From Candidatus Nitrosopelagicus brevis (GTDB lineage Archaea; Thermoproteota; Nitrososphaeria; Nitrososphaerales; Nitrosopumilaceae), in NCBI RefSeq assembly GCF_000812185.1, contig NZ_CP007026.1:779107-811106 (forward strand): a stretch of 32,000 nucleotides of DNA, read 5' to 3'. A program made the translations under genes and the position numbers. Below are positions 25,542 to 32,000 of this stretch, piece after piece. Below the pieces are notes generated by a model that was given only the letters and a program-made list of their open reading frames with translations, was not told where the DNA came from and did no database searches. Numbering within the stretch: the first letter of the stretch is position 1; every line of letters starts with the position of its first letter.

Positions 25542-28500
25542 TTACTCTAATGCCACGTATGATACTTTGTAATAGAATCTAGATGGTTGCTCATCTTTGA
25601 TGATTTCTACATTCCAGTTATCAATATCAATTTTAGAAGAAGAATTTTCAGGTACAATTGAGAATTTTTCTAATCTAACATCATCTCCACTGTATCTAAT
25701 TTTATAATTGATATCATCAATTGTAACAATTGAGTAAATTGCACCTGGTTTTCTAGTTGATTCAGTAACTAAACAGTCAGAACCTTGACCAATTACACAT
25801 TGACCATTTGAAGTAGTGATTCTTAGATTTACATCAGATTCTTCACCTCTGGCAGAAGTGAATAGTGAACCTTGGATTACACGAGGCGATAAAGTTGAAT
25901 CATCAGTAGATTTTTCAGTTAACACAATTGGAATTTTATCATCAGAAATTCTATTAAATTTTTCAATAATTTTTTTGGAAATAGTTGCTTCTGGTGCAGG
26001 TGTTCCAATAACTTCTGATTCATCTACTACAAAGAATGATTTTTCAAATTCACCGAAATGAGTGTCGACAACTATTGTGTATAATCCCAAAGGAGCATCT
26101 TTAGGTAATTTATAATTCCAGAAAAATCCAGGACCGCTAACACCTTCTTGGACTCTTATTTTCTTTTCAGAATTTCCAAATCCACATTGTTGACCTTCAA
26201 AGCAGTTAATTTCTGAAACATTAGGTAGATCTACTCTTACAGATACGCTATCATAATAATAGATATTATTTATTTTTCCAGAAATTCGAACTGTATCACC
26301 AGAAGTGAATTCATCCTTTTCCAAGTTTACAGATATTGATGGTTCTAATCCACCTTTTAATGAAGTGTCAATAATTTTCACAGAGGTCTCATCGTGATGA
26401 CCAAAATAATCAGCTTTTACTGCATAAATACCATCTTTGAAGACACCTGCACGTAATTCAAATACTGTTGCATAATTTCCATTATCGTCAGGATATGCCT
26501 TGTACCGCATATCAGTTAGAAGTATTTTTTGTTGTTTCATTAAGATAGTACCGTCATATCCAGTTCGTTTTGCATCATCAGTTCGAGATGTTTTCTTGTC
26601 TTCATCTCCACGAATAATATTTCCATCTTCATCCTCATAATATGCACCGCCAGTGCCTGTACCACCACCGCCAGTGTAATTCTCATCTGCATCAGGCACT
26701 GTTGTTACACTTGAAGCACCAGAAACAGTCATTGAACGAGGATAAGGTATTGAAACTTCAACATAGTTCATCATTGCGGTATTATAATTAGTACTGTAAG
26801 AATGACCAGTAGAAGTTTGAGAATCTGAATCTCTATCGGCATATGTAGATGTCAAGGATCTTGCATCTTTTGGAATTACTTTTCCAGTTACAACTAATTT
26901 ATCACCAACATTAAATTTTAGATTTTCACCACATACAACAGATTCCATGGAAGGTGCAATTTCACCTTTACCTATACTTTTCAAATCTTTTAGGATTTCA
27001 TCAACATGTGCACGATTACTTTTACAGATTTCCATAGTAAGTGGCTCTTGAGATTCAACTTCAGGAATAATATCAGATTGTGCAGATTTTATTTCAAATG
27101 TAATGGATTCAGATGTACCAGAAATTTGATGTAAAGCATTTGCAGTATAAATTCCATAATCAAATTGTATTGGATGTAATACAACATCCACTTCATAACC
27201 TCCTACAGAGTCAGGATATGCAGTGAATACTATAGGCGTTGTTATTTTGCCATTAGTTCCTTTTGCTGCTTCATTACTTGCATTGTTTTTGTCAAAAACA
27301 TAATTTACCGTAGTTCCAGAAGAATCAGTGAAAGTTATTTCTACAGAATTACGCATACTGTTACCAATTTCGGCTTGGTGATAATCCAAAATTTTTCCAG
27401 TCAATGATAAACTGGAGCCTAGTACATAGCTAGATTTATCCATTTTTAACCCAAGTGGAGTTCTAACATCAACAAATGATTCAGGATCCTCAACAACTTT
27501 GAAAGATGTGGTTCCATCTCCAAAGTATTCAGAAACAACTATTTTGTAATCACCAAATGAGCTTGCATAATTTTCATCAGCAGAACTATTTTCAACGATT
27601 TTAAATTCATATTCAAAAGTTCCATCTCCATTCAATCTTACTCTATCCTGTAAATCAAATGGATCAGGTGCGAGGTATCTTGCATCTGAACCTATAGCAG
27701 ATGATGACAAAATACCGGTTTGCATAACACGTAATTCAAGATCTTCAACCCAAATGTCATTACTCCTACCAGTGACTTTTATGATATCACCAACAGCATA
27801 GATTTCTTTGTCAGTTGATATTGAAATTAAAACATCTTCTTTAACATCTTCAGATAAGACAAAACTAGTACTTGTGTTTATGACATCTTCAGATGAATAA
27901 TAAAGAGGATTTTGAGATTTGTAAGTACCTTCAATTGTATATGTGCCATAAACAGGATTTACAGTTTCCATAAATAATTGAGTTGAAAATGCAAATAACT
28001 CTCCTGCACCATGCTGAAATACTTTTGAGAATTTTTCATTTGGGAAGATTGTTCCTTCAAAAATAATTTCTTGATTTGGATTGGTTACAGTGTAATCTAA
28101 TCCACCATACTGTATTTCAGAATTAGTATCGGCAAATAATATTACAGTTTCGCCAGGAATATAAGATTCCTTATCGGTAGAAATTTCTAAATTATTTTTT
28201 GTAGATTCAGATATAGATGAATCATCTTCATTATTTAGAGTGAAATTTAGTTCGGAGGTGTATTCACCATAAGAAACTTTTACATCATAACTACCCTGGT
28301 TAAAACCTAAAACTTTTTGAAGATTCAATGTTGTTGAAAAACCTAGATCTCGATCAGGAAATAGAGCAAGATTTTTGAAATAATTTGGGCCTTGTATGTT
28401 GATTTTTATCATCTCAGGGGTAGATAAGCTAGTAAACAATTCTTCAGATACAGATCCAGCAATTGTTACAGTTTCATTAAAAACGTATTCAGTGCCACCA

Positions 28501-29030
28501 AGAGTTGCAGATAGAGAAAATATACTTTCTTCAGTTTCAACAAGTTTCCCATTTGATGATTTTGGAGTCATTCGTTTCAACTCCCAATCAGAATTAGAGT
28601 CTGTATCGAATCCATCAGTAGTTCTTTGCCATGAAAAATTATTATTTTCTAAATCTTCAATTAATGGAGTCTCATCAATTAGATTACCAGATGTATCACT
28701 AAGTGTAATAGTTTCACCAAAGTCTTTAAACCAAAAATTGACATGTGTGAAAGCAGCAAATGAATTTGAACTAATTATTGTACCATCAGGAATTTCATAT
28801 GCCTTCCAAGTTGCAGAAGGAGATATTGTCCATCCACTAACATCAATATCTATTGATGTCGGATTATAAAGTTCTACAAATTCAGATGTGTCAGAACCAG
28901 GAGGATTAGTTTCAACTTCATTAATCAAAATTTGAGAATCAAAGGAGCTTTGTGACATTCCAGGGGTGATAGTACCAGCTAGTAATAAAATCGCCATTAG
29001 GCCAAATAAAAGAGGATTTTTCAAATGCAT
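25542..29030 (-). CDS. Large secreted surface protein (1162 aa) with N-terminal lamin-tail domain and several Ig/MG2-like repeats
   Basis: Signal peptide LLFGLMAILLLAGTITPGMSQ; LTD ILINEVETNPPGSDTSEFVELYNPTSIDIDVSGWTIS...ETITLSDTSGNLID; recurring strand pattern (TDKESYIPGETVILFA, TDKEIYAVGDIIKVTG, MDKSSYVLGSSLSLTG, LKFNVGDKLVVTG, EKDEFTSGDTVRISG). Confidence 0.85.
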   Translation of the reverse strand: MHLKNPLLFGLMAILLLAGTITPGMSQSSFDSQILINEVETNPPGSDTSEFVELYNPTSIDIDVSGWTISPSATWKAYEIPDGTIISSNSFAAFTHVNFWFKDFGETITLSDTSGNLIDETPLIEDLENNNFSWQRTTDGFDTDSNSDWELKRMTPKSSNGKLVETEESIFSLSATLGGTEYVFNETVTIAGSVSEELFTSLSTPEMIKINIQGPNYFKNLALFPDRDLGFSTTLNLQKVLGFNQGSYDVKVSYGEYTSELNFTLNNEDDSSISESTKNNLEISTDKESYIPGETVILFADTNSEIQYGGLDYTVTNPNQEIIFEGTIFPNEKFSKVFQHGAGELFAFSTQLFMETVNPVYGTYTIEGTYKSQNPLYYSSEDVINTSTSFVLSEDVKEDVLISISTDKEIYAVGDIIKVTGRSNDIWVEDLELRVMQTGILSSSAIGSDARYLAPDPFDLQDRVRLNGDGTFEYEFKIVENSSADENYASSFGDYKIVVSEYFGDGTTSFKVVEDPESFVDVRTPLGLKMDKSSYVLGSSLSLTGKILDYHQAEIGNSMRNSVEITFTDSSGTTVNYVFDKNNASNEAAKGTNGKITTPIVFTAYPDSVGGYEVDVVLHPIQFDYGIYTANALHQISGTSESITFEIKSAQSDIIPEVESQEPLTMEICKSNRAHVDEILKDLKSIGKGEIAPSMESVVCGENLKFNVGDKLVVTGKVIPKDARSLTSTYADRDSDSQTSTGHSYSTNYNTAMMNYVEVSIPYPRSMTVSGASSVTTVPDADENYTGGGGTGTGGAYYEDEDGNIIRGDEDKKTSRTDDAKRTGYDGTILMKQQKILLTDMRYKAYPDDNGNYATVFELRAGVFKDGIYAVKADYFGHHDETSVKIIDTSLKGGLEPSISVNLEKDEFTSGDTVRISGKINNIYYYDSVSVRVDLPNVSEINCFEGQQCGFGNSEKKIRVQEGVSGPGFFWNYKLPKDAPLGLYTIVVDTHFGEFEKSFFVVDESEVIGTPAPEATISKKIIEKFNRISDDKIPIVLTEKSTDDSTLSPRVIQGSLFTSARGEESDVNLRITTSNGQCVIGQGSDCLVTESTRKPGAIYSIVTIDDINYKIRYSGDDVRLEKFSIVPENSSSKIDIDNWNVEIIKDEQPSRFYYKVSYVALE

Positions 29031-29165
29031 GTACTACTCATATTCCTTTTTTTAACAATAATAGAATCAAATTGAGAAAAAGTTGATCCGTTTGTCAAAG
29101 TCTTATATCTTTTTGAGGTCAATATGAAAAATTAGGCATGAATCAGTATAAACCGCTCGTAGAAA

Positions 29166-29477
29166 TCATACATTTTTGAATTTTTTTCTGTCACATATTG
29201 GACATTTTTTATTTTCAATTTTTGAACCGCATTTTACACATATTCCTTCACCTACAGATTCTTCAATCATCTTTTTCCTACGTCCAACAAAAATACGAAT
29301 TCCAAAATATATGGTTAATGAGATGATTATTGCATAAATTGGAGGAAGTCCAACCCCCATCAACCCAATTAGAAAAAAAAGAACTCCAACAATTAATAGA
29401 AAATCTTTTCTTTTGAAAGCCAAGTAATGTTTCAATCTCACATATTGATAAAAAGTTAATGCCAAACTCAGAGCCAA
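29166..29477 (-). CDS. Small membrane protein with C-terminal zinc ribbon (CVKCGSKIENKKCPIC)
   Basis: Two hydrophobic segments then CxxC-x8-CxxC. TTG start (MALSLALTFY...). Confidence 0.72.
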   Translation of the reverse strand: MALSLALTFYQYVRLKHYLAFKRKDFLLIVGVLFFLIGLMGVGLPPIYAIIISLTIYFGIRIFVGRRKKMIEESVGEGICVKCGSKIENKKCPICDRKKFKNV

Positions 29478-29564
29478 TAGATTATTTCATTCAATTGTCC
29501 ATACTCTAACTCTTCTTCATCGTTCAGCGAATAATATCATAATTCTTTGTATAAATATGTAAAA

Positions 29565-29638
29565 TGGGAGCGGCGAGATTTGAACGCGCGACCTCTGCGT
29601 CCCAAACGCAGAATCATACCAAGCTAGACCACGCTCCC
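29565..29638 (-). tRNA. tRNA-Pro (anticodon TGG)
   Basis: Reverse complement GGGAGCG TG GTCTAGCTTGGTATGAT T CTGCG TTTGGGA CGCAG AGGTC GCGCG TTCAAAT CTCGC CGCTCCC A: perfect acceptor and anticodon stems, 7-nt loop with TGG at 34-36. TATA-like tttaaat about 25 nt upstream. Confidence 0.95.
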
Positions 29639-29703
29639 AGCGAACAAAAACAATTGCCCAATTTAAACAATAGAATCTTAACTGAGTAAATCAAACATAG
29701 CGT

Positions 29704-30597
29704 ATGGGACTTGAAGATTATATCAAAGCAGGAAAAATTGCAGGAGAAGTTAGAGAGAATGTTAGAAAAACAGATTGGGTTGGAAAAACGGTATATGAGA
29801 TTTGTGAACATGTAGAAGGAGAGATCAAAAAACGAGGGGCCAAATGCGCATTTCCTGTAAATACAAGTATTAACGAAGTAGCAGCACATTATACAGCAGA
29901 ACCAAATGATGAAATGACAATTACAGAAGATGATCTTGTAAAAATTGATCTTGGTGCACAAATTGATGGATACATTGCAGATACTGCGGTAACAGTTTGT
30001 TACAATCCAGAATTTGATACGCTTGTACAAGGTGCGGAATCTGCATTAAAAAATGCGATGTCAATGATGAAAACAGGAATTAAATCAAGTGATGTTGGAA
30101 GAACAATTGAGAAAACTATCAAAGAGTTAGGATTAATTCCAATTGCAAATCTAAGTGGACATTCTTTAGAACAGTATACAATTCACGCAGGAAAATCAGT
30201 TCCAAATATTTGGTCAATTGGTTCTTTTAATTTCCCAAGTGAACAAGCATTTGCGTGCGAGCCATTTGTGACAACAGGAGATGGGCTTGGATTTGTTCAC
30301 GAAGGAAAAGTGAAAAATATTTTCGCTCTAGCATCAAGAAAGAAAACTAAAGATAAAGAGGCAGATGAGATGTTAAATTACATATGGAGTAATTTCAATA
30401 TGTTACCATTTGCATTAAGATGGTTACTTGAAAAATGGGAAGAAAAGGATGCCAAACGAATTTTAGAAATTTTAGTGAAGAAAAAAGCAGTCCATGCATA
30501 TCCAGTACTAGTAGAGGGCAACGGTCAAAGAGTCGCTCAAGCAGAACACACATTCATTCCAAATGAGAATGGAGTGACAATAACCACTAATCCATAG
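29704..30597 (+). CDS. map: Type II methionyl aminopeptidase
   Basis: CAFPVNTSINEVAAHYTAEPND, VKIDLGAQIDGYIADTAVTV, NLSGHSLEQYTIHAGKSVPNI, FEQAFACEPFVTTGDG-like region, and terminal QAEHTFIPNENG. Confidence 0.95.
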   Translation: MGLEDYIKAGKIAGEVRENVRKTDWVGKTVYEICEHVEGEIKKRGAKCAFPVNTSINEVAAHYTAEPNDEMTITEDDLVKIDLGAQIDGYIADTAVTVCYNPEFDTLVQGAESALKNAMSMMKTGIKSSDVGRTIEKTIKELGLIPIANLSGHSLEQYTIHAGKSVPNIWSIGSFNFPSEQAFACEPFVTTGDGLGFVHEGKVKNIFALASRKKTKDKEADEMLNYIWSNFNMLPFALRWLLEKWEEKDAKRILEILVKKKAVHAYPVLVEGNGQRVAQAEHTFIPNENGVTITTNP

Positions 30598-30766
30598 TTA
30601 CGCCAAAAATTTTTGTGATAATCATTTTTCCATCACATTCAGAACAATTTTCAGCAGTAGAGAAAACAACATCACCATCAGTAAATTTTCTTTTTTTAAT
30701 GATTTTACATGAATTACACTCCGTAGAAGTATAACATGTAGAAATTTTATTTTTCGATTTGCTCAT
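30587..30766 (-). CDS. Small Cys-rich protein (59 aa), putative zinc-binding
   Basis: Hand translation MSKSKNKISTCYTSTECNSCKIIKKRKFTDGDVVFSTAENCSECDGKMIITKIFGVTMD*. ATGA overlap (30763-30766) with the upstream DUF1512 stop; overlaps the 3' end of map by 11 nt. Absent from the track. Confidence 0.62.
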   Translation of the reverse strand: MSKSKNKISTCYTSTECNSCKIIKKRKFTDGDVVFSTAENCSECDGKMIITKIFGVTMD

Positions 30767-31887
30767 TGTGAGACACCAATAGTATTTCCTACACCAATGA
30801 CAAGAATAGATTGACCAGAAGTAGTATTTTCTCGAATCATTTGATGAAGTTCATCTTTTACTGTTTTTGCACTATTTGCAATATCTTCAGTCATCAGAGT
30901 GATTGCCTCATGAATTGATTGTTTTACAACAAGAGCAAGAATTGGGATATTATTTCTGGTGGCAATTTCTTCTATTTTGAATCTCTCAGTTCCTATACCA
31001 CCAATTGCAGCGCCGAAACCTTTTGCGATAGATGCAGAATCTTCACCTTCAAGTTTTAATGATGCATCAATCATAATAACAAGATCAGGTTTTTTGATTG
31101 AGATTATTTTTTCAAGTCCATCACCTGGACGGCCAACAGTTGCATTTGGACCTTCAGCTTTCATTAAGAATAATTCTCTATCTTCAAAAGTTGTTTTTGA
31201 CCAGACTGTCTCAAATGCTGCTGATTCTTTAGTAGTACCCAACATCATTTGTCCGACAATCATTGGTCCAATACCATCACCAATTGGTTGGCCATTTTTG
31301 ATTGCAGGCATTGCATCTTTCAAAGCAAGAGCTTCTTCCATGATAAATGGAATCATCATTTGTAATGGCAAAATCAATGGGAAGTTTTTTTGTTTTTTTG
31401 CAGTGAGGTAAAGATGACGAGTATGTTTATGGAATAATTGTAATGTAGTAACTATTTCCAATAAATTTTGGAGTTTAGATAATTCCACAGATGACAAATT
31501 AGAGAACATTCCATTAATTTGTAATCGAATAAAGTCTTCCCTTGAACGAATCAGATGATTGATTTTTGTAATAATTCCATTAGGATCCATATCTACAGGC
31601 ATAATTGTGAAATAATCAAAAAAGCTGTCCAACTTTTTTGAAGGGTCAGATTTTGAGGTAAGATTATTTTTTACATAATTTAGAAAGTCCTTTTTTGTAG
31701 ATGTAGTGTATTCGTCTAGTTTTCCAATGTCTTTTTTAATTTCATTTGATGAAATCATAAGCTGTATTCGTTGTCCATAAAAAACAAAGATTATGACAGG
31801 GAGAATCCATATGAGCATCATTAGCGTGTCAGTGTCTTCACCAACCCATGCCAAAAATTCATCAAAATTATAACCTAAAATTTCCAA
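30763..31887 (-). CDS. DUF1512 family protein, N-terminal TM
   Basis: GQRIQLMISSNEIKKDIGKLDEYTTSTKKDFLNYV and KAEGPNATVGRPGDGLEKII...DLVIMIDASLKLEGEDSASIAKGFGAAIGGIGTERFKIEEIA are typical of archaeal DUF1512. Confidence 0.88.
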   Translation of the reverse strand: MEILGYNFDEFLAWVGEDTDTLMMLIWILPVIIFVFYGQRIQLMISSNEIKKDIGKLDEYTTSTKKDFLNYVKNNLTSKSDPSKKLDSFFDYFTIMPVDMDPNGIITKINHLIRSREDFIRLQINGMFSNLSSVELSKLQNLLEIVTTLQLFHKHTRHLYLTAKKQKNFPLILPLQMMIPFIMEEALALKDAMPAIKNGQPIGDGIGPMIVGQMMLGTTKESAAFETVWSKTTFEDRELFLMKAEGPNATVGRPGDGLEKIISIKKPDLVIMIDASLKLEGEDSASIAKGFGAAIGGIGTERFKIEEIATRNNIPILALVVKQSIHEAITLMTEDIANSAKTVKDELHQMIRENTTSGQSILVIGVGNTIGVSQ

Positions 31888-32000
31888 TAATCAATTACTT
31901 TGATTTTGTAATTTAATCATATCCATGTAATTAAGAGTGAAAATGAGTCATTTCACGAGTATTTTTATTAATGATATTTTTTAAATTGTGATATGCCACA

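Noticed and set aside
28396-28869. Plus-strand 157-aa ORF
   Set aside because: Antisense to the lamin-tail domain coding region; no recognisable family.
29614-30030. Minus-strand 138-aa ORF covering the tRNA and the map 5' end
   Set aside because: Cys/Phe/Ile-rich shadow translation antisense to map and overlapping the tRNA gene.

Overview
This 32 kb window looks like an AT-rich archaeal chromosome segment. By gene content (DUF2070, Sec61-beta, archaeal eIF1/SUI1, Tsr3, MetAP type II, CofD/CofC, geranylgeranyl reductase, DUF1512) it is most likely from a marine ammonia-oxidising thaumarchaeon; that placement is inference. Recognisable content: the C-terminal part of a FeoB-like iron transporter; a MoxR/DUF58/VWA cluster with a fourth Q/G-rich membrane protein; a convergent EgtB/EgtD-like pair (ergothioneine-type chemistry) preceded by a CPxC membrane protein; an orphan oligopeptide ABC ATPase and a distant membrane-anchored SBP_bac_5 protein; an APC permease with a cytosolic USP-like region; a complete archaeal RNase P RNA (all five conserved regions, P1, and P4 with the bulged U); a surface-type protein with a 3x30 bp tandem repeat; the F420 genes cofD-cofC; Sec61-beta + DUF2070; an Mrr-like nuclease; a methyltransferase and Tsr3; a 1162-aa lamin-tail/Ig-like surface protein; tRNA-Pro(TGG); MetAP-II; a small Cys-rich ORF; and DUF1512. 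Four small genes absent from the supplied ORF track were found by hand: a DUF1059-like ORF, a 47-aa TM protein, Sec61-beta and a 59-aa Cys-rich protein. No CRISPR array, transposon, prophage or clear defence island was seen. The best leads are the thiol/ergothioneine locus, the MoxR-VWA cluster partner, the histidine-rich DUF2070 domain next to Sec61-beta, and the large lamin-tail surface protein.
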